Part shown: positions 8,923 through 17,099 of the stretch, piece by piece
Position numbering within the stretch: the stretch's first letter is position 1
Layout of the letters: each line of letters opens with the position of its first letter
From: an uncultured virus (IMG/VR IMGVR_UViG_3300050821_019438)
Taxonomy: Duplodnaviria; Heunggongvirae; Uroviricota; Caudoviricetes
Virus record (IMG/VR): IMGVR_UViG_3300050821_019438
Length of the DNA stretch: 57,925 nucleotides
Strand: one strand, 5' to 3'
Notes under the pieces: generated by a model
Told to the model about the DNA's origin: nothing
Database searches by the model: none
The model's input: only the letters and a program-made list of their open reading frames with translations
Translations under genes and position numbers: made by a program

Positions 8923-9462
8923 CTACCGCTCGGCCTTCTTGGCCATCAGGAAGGCGTACAGGTCCCTGTTCCACCGGGCATCGACGAGCGCGTTGTGCTC
9001 ACCTTCGGGGTCGGGCGGATGGGTCGGACTCCCGACGTCGACCGACAGTTGCTTCAGGTCCCTACAGAACATCGGGAAGCCCTTGGGGAGCCCCATCATG
9101 GTTCCGTAGAGCTGGCAGAGCGCGACCCAATCGTAGTCCGCGTAGTAGGCCCAGACCTCCGGCTTCGTCCCGTTCTTCTGCATGAAAGTCTGAATTTCTT
9201 TGGCCATGAAGGCCCGGTCCATCCACGCTGCGTCTCCGTACCGCGGGAGGTGCGGCAGGACGTTGGCGCGCACCCACAGGCTCACGCGGTGGAGTTGAGC
9301 GTCCTGGCTCACGGCATAGAACTCGCGCCCATCCTCGGCGACGATTCCAATCGAGATGAGGTCGATGGTTGTCCCGTCCTCGTAAAACTCTGTGTCGAGA
9401 AAGAATCTCATGACATTGACCTCGCGCGCGAGCATCGCGGTTCGCTCTTTGTAGTTCATCAC
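8923..9462 (-). CDS. DEDDh 3'-5' exoribonuclease, Rv2179c/RNase AS-like
   Basis: FFLDTEF, LISIG, YADYDW, HNALVDARW. Confidence 0.85.
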   Translation of the reverse strand: MMNYKERTAMLAREVNVMRFFLDTEFYEDGTTIDLISIGIVAEDGREFYAVSQDAQLHRVSLWVRANVLPHLPRYGDAAWMDRAFMAKEIQTFMQKNGTKPEVWAYYADYDWVALCQLYGTMMGLPKGFPMFCRDLKQLSVDVGSPTHPPDPEGEHNALVDARWNRDLYAFLMAKKAER

Positions 9463-9629
9463 TTGATGAGCTTATCGTACTTCAGCTTCTTCAGCGCGGC
9501 ACGTAGACGCGTTTTCGAGTGGGCGCTCTGGAGCGAATCTATCCCTCGTTCGATAGCGCGCTTCACGGTGCGCGGATCGATCTGAGCTTCCAGTGCGATC
9601 CGCGCAATCGTAGTTCGGTCGATTTCCAT
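9459..9629 (-). CDS. Small helix-turn-helix DNA-binding protein (56 aa, not in ORF track)
   Basis: AGGAGG RBS; MEIDRTTIARIALEAQIDPRTVKRAIERG resembles a LacI/Cro-type HTH. Confidence 0.6.
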   Translation of the reverse strand: MEIDRTTIARIALEAQIDPRTVKRAIERGIDSLQSAHSKTRLRAALKKLKYDKLIK

Positions 9630-9656
9630 CGGTTCCACCTCCTAGACCGGGCGCGA

Positions 9657-10073
9657 CTACTCGTCGAGCGCCTTGATGCGCCGCTGGAGCTCCTTCTCCG
9701 AGAGCTCGCTGAGCTTGCCTGCCTGTTTCTCGGCGAGAATCGAGAGCAACTTCTCTTTCTCGATCTTGTTGTCCGCCCGCTTCTTCTCGACCTCTTCCTC
9801 GGCGAGTTTCGTGTCGATGACGTATTTGACGATCTCGAGCACGGTCTCGCGACGGACGTGCTCCGGGGTCTTCGTAGTTTCCACGAAGCTCTCCTCGGAG
9901 ATGTCCTTCCACGCCTTGTTCGCGGCCTTGGCCACGGCGTTGAGGTTGAAGTCGTCCCGCGATCCGTTCGATCGCAGAGGGACGTCCCAGAGCTGTTCGA
10001 GGGTCAGCTCGCCCCGCACGGACTGGAAACGAACCTTGTTGCGTGCCGCGTACTCGAAGATGTTCATGGCCAT
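9657..10073 (-). CDS. Phage-type hypothetical protein, likely partner of the upstream gene
   Basis: MNIFEYAARNKVRF..GELTLEQLWDVPL; coiled-coil C-terminus LSELSEKEL. Confidence 0.8.
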   Translation of the reverse strand: MAMNIFEYAARNKVRFQSVRGELTLEQLWDVPLRSNGSRDDFNLNAVAKAANKAWKDISEESFVETTKTPEHVRRETVLEIVKYVIDTKLAEEEVEKKRADNKIEKEKLLSILAEKQAGKLSELSEKELQRRIKALDE

Positions 10074-10091
10074 GGTCTTTTCTCCTGCCGG

Positions 10092-12191
10092 CTAAGCGCC
10101 GACGTGAACGTGGAACACTCGCTGCTTCTTGCCCTGCTGGGCCCGAACGATGAACGACTCGCGCTTCGTGGACGAGAACCCGAGGCCCGAGAGCTGCTCA
10201 TTCGCAGGCGCGGGCTGGCACTTGGTCTTGTCGCCGATGACCTCGAACACCTTGCGATGAGGTTCGAGGCGCGGGTGCAAAAACTCATTGTAGAACCCGC
10301 GCGTCGGTTCGTCGTTCTTCGCACCCTCGATGACGAAGAAGGTGTGTTTGTTGCCCACGGCGTTGCCGCCCCAGTAGTTGGGGCTGAGCGTGACGGCGCT
10401 GACCTTGACGTACTGCTCGGTCTTGAGGCCCCACTTCTCCTGGGAGATGTTGGCCGCCGAGATGGCCGGGTCTCCGGCCTCGACGTGTTCCACGACACCG
10501 TTCTTCACGTGGAGAACAGCAACGACGACGTCCTGCTGATGGCGCACGGCCTTGTTGTATGAGTAGTGCTGGAGCTTCCCCCCAGTCTCCACCTCGACGA
10601 CGAACCCTGGATCTGCGGTCTCGCGAAAACAGTAGTTGTTGACCACGACCCGATAGGCGCCGTCCGGAGGCTTCGTCGTCCAGACCACGTTCTCGACCGC
10701 CTCGCGCGTGCGTCCGCTGCCAGCGTTCATGTCCACGTCGAGGGTCCCGCCCGTCCATCCTCGCCTGGCGCCGAAGAAGATTTTGCCGTAGACGCCTCGC
10801 GCTCCTCCGCCGTTGGGTTCGATGATGTGCAAGTCGAGGTCGTCGTAGTTGAACCACGACAGCGACACGCGCAGCACTGCGCCTTCGACCTTGCCGCCGG
10901 CTTTCTTGACGCGCTCTCGGATAGAGTCGGCGACGTTGCCGCCGTAGGACCACGCGAAGTCGTTACTCCATCGAAAGAGCTGCTTCGGTTCGGGATGACA
11001 TGGCGCCGTCAACGACATCAGGTTGCCGGCGTGCTCGTTCTTGAAGAGCAGCTCCAGGCTCGTCGTCTCAGGCAGAACCTTCGCCACGAACTCGTCGAGG
11101 CCGATCTCTTCCGCGCGCTGCTCGTCGACTTCTGTGCTCCGGCTCGACGCGACGTGCTGCATGAGCACGTCTCCGATGCCGCCTTTCATCAGAGGCTTGA
11201 CGGTCCCGTTGACCCACTTCACGTCGTTCACGGAGATGTCGCCGATCACGGCGAACCGGCGTTCGAGCGCGGACTCCAAATCAAGAGCCACGATCGTCTC
11301 CATGGCCTTCTTGACCATGCCGGGCGTGATGAGGGCGGTCGTACGCTTGTAGTTCTGCGGCGCGACCTTGGTTTCGAAGCTTTTGACGGCGTGCTCGAGA
11401 TCCTGGCCTTCGGAGAGATCCTGCACCAGGGTGCCGATGACGGTGTTGCGGAACCGCGCCGCGGGGCTACCTGCGTTCGCCCACACGAAGATTTTTCGCG
11501 CAAGGTCGTATCCTTCCAGAGCAAGAAACGCGCGATGCATCTGCATGAAGTTGAGCACCGCGGCCTTGTGCTCCTCGCCTCGGTAGAGCGCGTTCGACTC
11601 GATGAGCGACAGCACGGTCTCGACCGCGCTCGGAGCGAGCTCGACGAGCCCGCGTTCGAAGACCTGCACCGTGGTCCGGTAGTCGCCGCGGACCTGATCC
11701 GGCGACGCGACTCGAAGGGTCTTCGGGATCTCCTCGGTGTAGAAGTGCTGCCACGTGCGGGCCTGCTGCGTCTCCTTGTCGAGGGAGTGCGACTGGACAG
11801 CGCCGAAGCTCGTCTCCTTTTCGCCCACGCGGTACAAGTCGCAAACGTTCGCGGCGCGCACGACATCGCGCAGGCGAGATGCCACGTCGCGGTAGGGACC
11901 ATGCAGCGCCTCGGAGGCTGCATCCCAGATGGTGCGAAACGTGCCGTCACCGTTGATGGTGATGACGTTTCCCGCTCGACGGATGAACTGTCGGCAGCAG
12001 CGACAGTCGTGCTCCGTGGTCTTCTTGAAGAGAGGATTGGAACCAGGGGGGAAGGAAGCGAGATACGCGTTCCACAGCGTGTCGCGGTCCAGCTCGACGA
12101 CGAAGACGCCTCCATGTGAAACGGGTGTCTTGACCAAGCTTTGGAACGACGCCGCAACCATCTTCGTGAACGCCGGAAATTCGTTCGACAC
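10092..12191 (-). CDS. Large (699 aa) phage-type protein with HDCxCC motif and C-terminal YfaP/DUF2135-like domain
   Basis: Start moved to GTG 12191 after GAGGAGG (track start lies inside the tRNA-like gene); EHDCRCC; RVSLSW..DDLDLH..EP, LDVDMN, VENVVW. Confidence 0.8.
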   Translation of the reverse strand: MSNEFPAFTKMVAASFQSLVKTPVSHGGVFVVELDRDTLWNAYLASFPPGSNPLFKKTTEHDCRCCRQFIRRAGNVITINGDGTFRTIWDAASEALHGPYRDVASRLRDVVRAANVCDLYRVGEKETSFGAVQSHSLDKETQQARTWQHFYTEEIPKTLRVASPDQVRGDYRTTVQVFERGLVELAPSAVETVLSLIESNALYRGEEHKAAVLNFMQMHRAFLALEGYDLARKIFVWANAGSPAARFRNTVIGTLVQDLSEGQDLEHAVKSFETKVAPQNYKRTTALITPGMVKKAMETIVALDLESALERRFAVIGDISVNDVKWVNGTVKPLMKGGIGDVLMQHVASSRSTEVDEQRAEEIGLDEFVAKVLPETTSLELLFKNEHAGNLMSLTAPCHPEPKQLFRWSNDFAWSYGGNVADSIRERVKKAGGKVEGAVLRVSLSWFNYDDLDLHIIEPNGGGARGVYGKIFFGARRGWTGGTLDVDMNAGSGRTREAVENVVWTTKPPDGAYRVVVNNYCFRETADPGFVVEVETGGKLQHYSYNKAVRHQQDVVVAVLHVKNGVVEHVEAGDPAISAANISQEKWGLKTEQYVKVSAVTLSPNYWGGNAVGNKHTFFVIEGAKNDEPTRGFYNEFLHPRLEPHRKVFEVIGDKTKCQPAPANEQLSGLGFSSTKRESFIVRAQQGKKQRVFHVHVGA

Positions 12192-12243
12192 GTCGACCTC
12201 CTCGCCTCTCGACAGGCGCTCTGCGTGAGTGACACTACGTTTA

Positions 12244-12318
12244 GGACCCACCGGATGGATTCGAACCACCGACTTCCGGCTTAGCCGGCCGGCGCTCTAC
12301 CACTGAGCTACGAGGGTC
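12244..12318 (-). tRNA. tRNA-like RNA 1 (nominal anticodon GCT, non-canonical)
   Basis: GACCCTCG-TA-GCTC-AGTGGTA-GAGC-G-CCGGC-CGGCTAA-GCCGG-AAGTC-GGTGG-TTCGAAT-CCATC-CGGTGGGTC; G at position 33, no long variable arm, bulged acceptor stem, no CCA. Confidence 0.75.
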
Positions 12319-12338
12319 AAAATGAAAAGTAAGATGTC

Positions 12339-12413
12339 GGACCCACCGGACCGATTCGAACGGTCGACCTCCGGCTCCGGATGCCGATGCTCTACCACTG
12401 AGCTACGAGGGTC
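12339..12413 (-). tRNA. tRNA-like RNA 2 (nominal anticodon CCG, Arg)
   Basis: Same acceptor and D arm as copy 1; anticodon arm TCGGC-ATCCGGA-GCCGG; T arm GACCG-TTCGAAT-CGGTC; bulged acceptor stem, no CCA. Confidence 0.78.
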
Positions 12414-12417
12414 GAAG

Positions 12418-12462
12418 TAGATCTACAACTTGCTGCAACTTGCGTCAAGTTGTTTCAACTTG
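12418..12462 (-). promoter_or_regulatory. Sigma70-like promoter overlapped by four 10-bp-phased CAA(C/G)TTG boxes
   Basis: CAASTTG at 12426, 12436, 12446, 12456; minus strand TTGACG-N17-TAGATC just upstream of the tRNA-like genes. Confidence 0.65.
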
Positions 12463-12495
12463 CTCAAGGCGATTTTTGTCTCGCCTCCCCCTTCA

Positions 12496-12825
12496 TCAAG
12501 TAGACGATGACGGGTCGAGAGGCATGAGTCTTCGGCAATTTGCACACGTCGGCATGACGGTCGTGATGAACGCCACGTGGTGCATTTCGCCCTTCAGGAT
12601 CTGGACGTGCCTGTTCCGGTAGATGGCCCACTCGGGGATTGTGCAGTTGCATAGCGTCTTCTTCGCTCCAACGTGAAATGCGTGTTCGAGTCGTTCGCCG
12701 GGAACCATGTACCGGCCTTCACGAGAAATGACGACGAGTTGGTCGGCGAGCGCAGGGGGTACAGGAGGTAGCCAGGGGCTGGGTTTCAGCTTGCCGCGTG
12801 GCCCCTTCAGAATGCCCTTAGGCAT
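12496..12825 (-). CDS. Hypothetical protein
   Basis: MPKGILKG...; H..TLC...CANC. Confidence 0.55.
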   Translation of the reverse strand: MPKGILKGPRGKLKPSPWLPPVPPALADQLVVISREGRYMVPGERLEHAFHVGAKKTLCNCTIPEWAIYRNRHVQILKGEMHHVAFITTVMPTCANCRRLMPLDPSSST

Positions 12826-13114
12826 TCTTGTCCTCGACCGGCTCCTCTTCTCCGGCACGTTCTCGCGCCCGTCGGCAGAACGGGCACGAGTTTTCGTTGC
12901 AGACCCCGAACGAGTGCTCGCGCTCGATCGTGAACGCCTTCGAAACCTTGTAGTAGGCGATGGCGGCCTCATCGAGCTCCCGCAAGGTCTCGGGGCTTCG
13001 AACGCGTCCGCGGGCGATAGCGGCCTCGATCATCAAATCGAGCTTGGCGGTTACGTCCGAGCTGACGGCGCGAGCTTGGCCGTTGGCGCGGGGGAGGTTG
13101 TGATCTCTAGGCAT
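12818..13114 (-). CDS. Hypothetical protein (start uncertain)
   Basis: Helical segment plus C..CPFC. Confidence 0.45.
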   Translation of the reverse strand: MPRDHNLPRANGQARAVSSDVTAKLDLMIEAAIARGRVRSPETLRELDEAAIAYYKVSKAFTIEREHSFGVCNENSCPFCRRARERAGEEEPVEDKNA

Positions 13115-13341
13115 CGGTGCTTCTTTCTGGCGTGCACTCTGAACAGTGAGCTTTGACAGGCGCAATGAATTTGTCCCTCTCGGTCCAATGTGACCATCCT
13201 TTGCACGTGGTGTCCGCATTGAAGACGAACCCACAAACACGCACGTCCGTAGCTCACTCGACGACCACGCATCCCGCCTTGAACGCGACGTGTGGATGTC
13301 CGTCATTCCTCTTCGAAGCTCTCCACCTGAACTACCGTCAT
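13051..13341 (-). pseudogene. Small Cys-rich ORF with an internal TGA
   Basis: ATG overlaps the lysin stop: MTVVQVESFEEE*RTSTRRVQGG...VRLQCGH; single in-frame TGA at 13303-13305. Confidence 0.35.
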
Positions 13342-14165
13342 GACGTTGGTGGTCGACCGGTGGAAGCGACTGGCGAGATATCCGCGATAGCAGACGCGGC
13401 CTGAGCTCGCTGCTCGAGGAGCGCCCAGATGGTGTCAGGACAATGTTGCCACGACCACAAAGCGCATGTCTCTTGCCGGTCGAGGAAGTTCGTGACGTCG
13501 GACGGCCGAAGAGGTTGACCGCCCTGCGTGCTGCCATCGAAAGCGCTGCCTATGGGAATGAGCGTCTTGTAGGCCCCGGCGTTCATCGGGTCGGCCCACT
13601 CCTTCTCGCTCTCGTCGAGCGCAGCCGAGGCAGGCTCTGTAGAGGAGAACATCGTCCAGTATTTTTCCGGCAAACCTGCGTCCCAGAACGAGCCGAACGC
13701 GTGGTCCGGGTAGATCGGGTGCCGGTCGGGCCATTGCCAGGCGCCGCAGTTGCCGATGAAGCAATCGTCGCCGAGGGCGGCGCGGAGTTGGTCAGCGAAG
13801 GCTTTTGCTTCAGGTCGGCGGTCGCTCGGGACAAGGTTGCCGTCTGGGTCCTTGCGTGTTTCCCATTCGATTTCGCAGTCGGGGAGGATGGCGTCGAGCT
13901 GGTCAGGCCCAGGTCGGCGGCACGCGACGGCGTTGGCGATCCACTCTTTGGCCTCTTGCGCGCCGGGGACGCAGTACATCCACCCAGCAACGTAGAGACC
14001 CGCCGCCTTGAGTGCGGCGGCATGCTGGAGGCAGTCCCAGGTCATGTGGATCGCGACCCAAGAAACGCCGCAGCGCTTGGCCTTGGTGATGATGGCGTTG
14101 ACGTCGCCGCCTTCGCACGCGGACCACTGCCAGATGAAGATGCCGAGACCGGAGGGAGCACTCAT
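13338..14165 (-). CDS. Putative endolysin, TIM-barrel glycoside hydrolase (GH25-like)
   Basis: GIFIWQ..CEGG...KAKRCGVSWVAIH, VAGWMYC, DCEIEW (DxE), PEKYW, LWSWQH. Confidence 0.6.
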   Translation of the reverse strand: MSAPSGLGIFIWQWSACEGGDVNAIITKAKRCGVSWVAIHMTWDCLQHAAALKAAGLYVAGWMYCVPGAQEAKEWIANAVACRRPGPDQLDAILPDCEIEWETRKDPDGNLVPSDRRPEAKAFADQLRAALGDDCFIGNCGAWQWPDRHPIYPDHAFGSFWDAGLPEKYWTMFSSTEPASAALDESEKEWADPMNAGAYKTLIPIGSAFDGSTQGGQPLRPSDVTNFLDRQETCALWSWQHCPDTIWALLEQRAQAASAIADISPVASTGRPPTS

Positions 14166-14374
14166 TTCAATCCTGCTTTCTTTGCGTTCTTGAACCAGAC
14201 ACTGCGCCACCGCTCCGGAACGAGCTGGCTGATTTCTTTGAGTTGCAATTTCAGCTCGGCACCGGGGAGCTTCAGCGACCGCCGGTATCTACCGACTTGC
14301 CATGCGTTGCGCAGTACTTGTCGGCGGCAGGTGAGCGCAGCGAAACGTCGGCGGGCGCGGTCGTCGGGGGTCAT
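14162..14374 (-). CDS. Hypothetical basic protein
   Basis: ATGA overlaps at both ends. Confidence 0.55.
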   Translation of the reverse strand: MTPDDRARRRFAALTCRRQVLRNAWQVGRYRRSLKLPGAELKLQLKEISQLVPERWRSVWFKNAKKAGLK

Positions 14375-14889
14375 GTGTGGGCTCCTACCGGCACGAACGG
14401 CGTCGAGTACGCGAGCATGAGCGGGTGCTTGGGTGTCGAGTCTGCGTTCTGTCCTAAGGTGCCCGCCTTCGCCAGCGACCGGATGATTTCCCACTGGGGT
14501 TTCAGATGGGTCTTCAGAATCAGGTCGCGGAGCTGAGCTGAATGTCCGGCATGACTTCCCCAGGCGAGGACGACGCGGCTGGCGTAGTAGACCGCTTCCG
14601 TGACGTACCGCTCGTTTTCACGACCTTCTGGATTGGTCGTTTCGAGCAGCCCCTGTGGTTTGGTAGCGCGCCACGCAAAGAGGTTCACGACGTCGACGTA
14701 TCCGAATTCCCAGCGCTGCGCGAACCCGATGCACTTGCGGACGGTCGGGTCGTTGATGCGTTCATCGGCCGTCGATGGATTGAGCATGATGAAGACGCAG
14801 CGCTTTGGAATGTCGTGAGCGATGCATCGCCAGAACACGTATCGGTACAGGCGGTCTGGGCTCAAGATGGCGCCGTTGCCGTATCTCAC
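14371..14889 (-). CDS. DUF1643 family protein
   Basis: YRY..WR, FIMLNPSTAD, DPTVRKC, VVNLFAWRAT.P, LAWG, PKHPL. Confidence 0.88.
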   Translation of the reverse strand: MRYGNGAILSPDRLYRYVFWRCIAHDIPKRCVFIMLNPSTADERINDPTVRKCIGFAQRWEFGYVDVVNLFAWRATKPQGLLETTNPEGRENERYVTEAVYYASRVVLAWGSHAGHSAQLRDLILKTHLKPQWEIIRSLAKAGTLGQNADSTPKHPLMLAYSTPFVPVGAHT

Positions 14890-15413
14890 GACTTCTCCAG
14901 CTTGAAGAAATCATCGCCGAGCTCGGCAAGTCTTGCTTCGGCGCGTTCGGCTCTCTCGGCTTGAAGCCGCACGCCTTTGCTGAGCTGTTCGTTGAGTCCT
15001 TTGAGCGCTCGTGCTTCGATGAGCAGCTCCGTGCATCGAGCTTGCGTGACGGTCAGCTGCTGGAACATCGCCCCGTACTGCTGCTGGAGACTTACGATGT
15101 CGTGAACGAGAGGAGCGCCGACCGGGATGACTTCGAAGGAGTGCGTCGGGTAGTTCTTGCGGAGGTACTCGGCCTCGGACATTGCGTCGGCAAAGGGTAG
15201 CTCGTCCGGTACCGGTTCGTCGTCGTAGCCGGCCTCAACGTACTTCACCGTCCACCGTGTCTGCCGGATGCGATAGAGCTTGACCGATTCGGCCGGTCTA
15301 GGCGTACCGCAGAATCGGCAGACCTTTTGGTTTTCCTTCGCAGTGCCCGTCCAGCCCTTGCATTCCGGGTTCGAGCAGTCGAAGCCGGGGAGGACGATGT
15401 TGCCGTCGGTCAT
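14886..15413 (-). CDS. Hypothetical protein (Zn ribbon plus coiled coil)
   Basis: CSNPEC...CRFC; C-terminal heptad repeats. Confidence 0.6.
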   Translation of the reverse strand: MTDGNIVLPGFDCSNPECKGWTGTAKENQKVCRFCGTPRPAESVKLYRIRQTRWTVKYVEAGYDDEPVPDELPFADAMSEAEYLRKNYPTHSFEVIPVGAPLVHDIVSLQQQYGAMFQQLTVTQARCTELLIEARALKGLNEQLSKGVRLQAERAERAEARLAELGDDFFKLEKS

Positions 15414-15622
15414 CGCATCACCCGCGGCCACACGCGCACGCCGAGGAACGGATACGTCTTCGTCTGTGCCTCGGGGTTGCGCGCGAACGAGAGCGATGGG
15501 AACGGCAGTGTTTCAGCCGCGTCGAGGTCTAAAAGGTCGAGGTGCTCGTCGTAGTCGTCGAGGCGTGATTCTCGATAGGAGTCTGCGGCGCCCTCGTCGA
15601 GTAGTTTGCCGAGATTGTTCAC
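15410..15622 (-). CDS. Hypothetical protein
   Basis: GTGA overlap with the upstream stop. Confidence 0.45.
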   Translation of the reverse strand: MNNLGKLLDEGAADSYRESRLDDYDEHLDLLDLDAAETLPFPSLSFARNPEAQTKTYPFLGVRVWPRVMR

Positions 15623-15915
15623 TTCCGCATTCCCCAGGCCAAGATGGTTAGTGTTGGAATAGGCCCAGTGAGTTGCACCTTCATTCCGCGCGGTTTCTTG
15701 GAGACCAGGAGTCGTTGGGTTGCTTTGAAGGCTTTCTCCTTCGAGGAGAAGTTCCACTCGTGGTCACGAGTCCACTTGCCGATGTCGTAGCCGCTTCCCT
15801 CGCTTATGCTGCCCACGGTCTTGAAGAGCTGTGGGTCGACCTTGCCTGGATCGTTTCGAAAGTAGTTGTACTGGACCGTGAGCCGATACGGCTTTTGACG
15901 CGGCGGATTTTTCAT
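15619..15915 (-). CDS. Hypothetical protein
   Basis: GGAGG RBS, MKNPPRQ start. Confidence 0.55.
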   Translation of the reverse strand: MKNPPRQKPYRLTVQYNYFRNDPGKVDPQLFKTVGSISEGSGYDIGKWTRDHEWNFSSKEKAFKATQRLLVSKKPRGMKVQLTGPIPTLTILAWGMRK

Positions 15916-15944
15916 TTGAACCTCCCATTCACACAACGACAGCG

Positions 15945-16601
15945 TCACGCCCGATGAAATCGTCTCCAGGCGAAGAAGCTGATGATTCCGGTGATGAGCC
16001 CACCCCACACCATTGTCGTGGTCGAGGGAAGGATGCCGCCGGCCGCGTAGATTTGGCCTTGCAGGTAGGACCATAGGTCGGGGTTGTTCGCGCGCATGTT
16101 GTCGAGGCGAATCTGCAAGTCGCCGGCCGTGATGTAGCCCTTTCCTCCGATGTCGAGATCGGCGGAGTAGTAGGGGTCGCCCTGGTTTTGGATGACGTAC
16201 GAATCGGACGAACCGGCGACGTAGAGCGCAGGCACCCAGTTGAGCCAGTAGAGGTCGCGGCCCGAGATGCTGCTGAGGCCGGCGTTCTGCATCATCTGCG
16301 TCCAGTACGGGAAGACGCCGACTGTAAGCTGCTGGCTCACCGGAAGTGCCAGGTAGTCGCTCACGGAGTAGCCCTGGTTCGTGAACAGATTTTGGCTTCT
16401 GCCGCAGAGCTGATTGAGCCCGACGCAGCCTATCGAATTTTTCGCCGTGGGCGTCCAGCTCGACTCGCCGATGATGAGCGCCGCCGCGTCGCTTGGGTCG
16501 ACACCGAGTGCCTGGCAGCCTGCGACGAAGACCGAAGCCCAGCCGGCGTCGAAGTAGTCGGGGGGAGAGAACTGGCCGAGGCCGCGGATTTTTCTTCGCA
16601 T
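15945..16601 (-). CDS. Membrane-anchored lytic transglycosylase-like protein (possible virion entry enzyme)
   Basis: LIIGESSW.PTA.N...CVGLNQL (SLT motifs); C-terminal TM; basic N-terminus RRKIRGLG. Confidence 0.7.
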   Translation of the reverse strand: MRRKIRGLGQFSPPDYFDAGWASVFVAGCQALGVDPSDAAALIIGESSWTPTAKNSIGCVGLNQLCGRSQNLFTNQGYSVSDYLALPVSQQLTVGVFPYWTQMMQNAGLSSISGRDLYWLNWVPALYVAGSSDSYVIQNQGDPYYSADLDIGGKGYITAGDLQIRLDNMRANNPDLWSYLQGQIYAAGGILPSTTTMVWGGLITGIISFFAWRRFHRA

Positions 16602-16616
16602 GGAAGGATTCTACCG

Positions 16617-17099
16617 CTACTTGCGGCGTGCGGCGTGGCTTTCCATGACGCGGCGGATGCCACCCATTCGCCGTCGCTCGGCCTTGTCCTCGGTCTCGCC
16701 TTTGCGAGTCGCTTTGTTCAGCGCGAGCTGCACCTCCACGATGGCCCGAGCATCGTTGACGTAGTTTTCGGCGCCGCGCGCTTCGGCCGCGTCACGCAGC
16801 CCGAGGTTGTCCAGCGGGACGGGCGGGTCTTGACGAACGAAGAGAGGAGCCTCGGCGGTGCCGATGCCGTGGACAGCTTGGATGAGCCGTTCGCCGACGG
16901 ACTCTTCACCTGTAGCGTCAGATGCGCTCCACGGCGCTTCGCCGCCGTCTTGGAGTTTGTCGGCGAGTGCTTCCGCGCGGGAGATGGTAAGGTCGAGGAA
17001 TTCCTCGAACTCGTCGGTCTGCGTTCCTAACAGCCGACCGTCCAGCGCTCCGAATCGAGCGAGGACCGCTCGTTGGATGAATTCAGATCGGGTCATCAC
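16617..17099 (-). CDS. Hypothetical protein
   Basis: 160-aa ORF in operon. Confidence 0.6.
   Translation of the reverse strand: MMTRSEFIQRAVLARFGALDGRLLGTQTDEFEEFLDLTISRAEALADKLQDGGEAPWSASDATGEESVGERLIQAVHGIGTAEAPLFVRQDPPVPLDNLGLRDAAEARGAENYVNDARAIVEVQLALNKATRKGETEDKAERRRMGGIRRVMESHAARRK

Noticed and set aside
5093..8925. Classical integron cassette array
   Set aside because: No attC-type RYYYAAC...GTTRRRY palindromes; the recombinase is 30 kb away and shows no obvious IntI-specific insertion
10566..12119. 517-aa plus-strand ORF and similar long shadow ORFs (25642-27123, 52587-54596, 2986-3960, 37582-38505)
   Set aside because: Mostly antisense or alternate frames of well-supported genes in GC-rich DNA; Arg-rich and motif-free
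12192..12269. N-terminal extension of the 725-aa ORF
   Set aside because: Overlaps the tRNA-like gene; a strong GAGGAGG RBS supports GTG at 12191
12244..12318. Amber-suppressor tRNA (CTA in the loop) or genome recoding
   Set aside because: CTA is off-centre in the 7-nt loop, and TAG and TGA terminate many genes normally
13290..13325. RBS plus MTDIHT as the missing 5' end of the 4917-5093 remnant (8-kb insertion model)
   Set aside because: Support is only six codons and a 9-bp match; a pseudogene in another frame explains the region more simply
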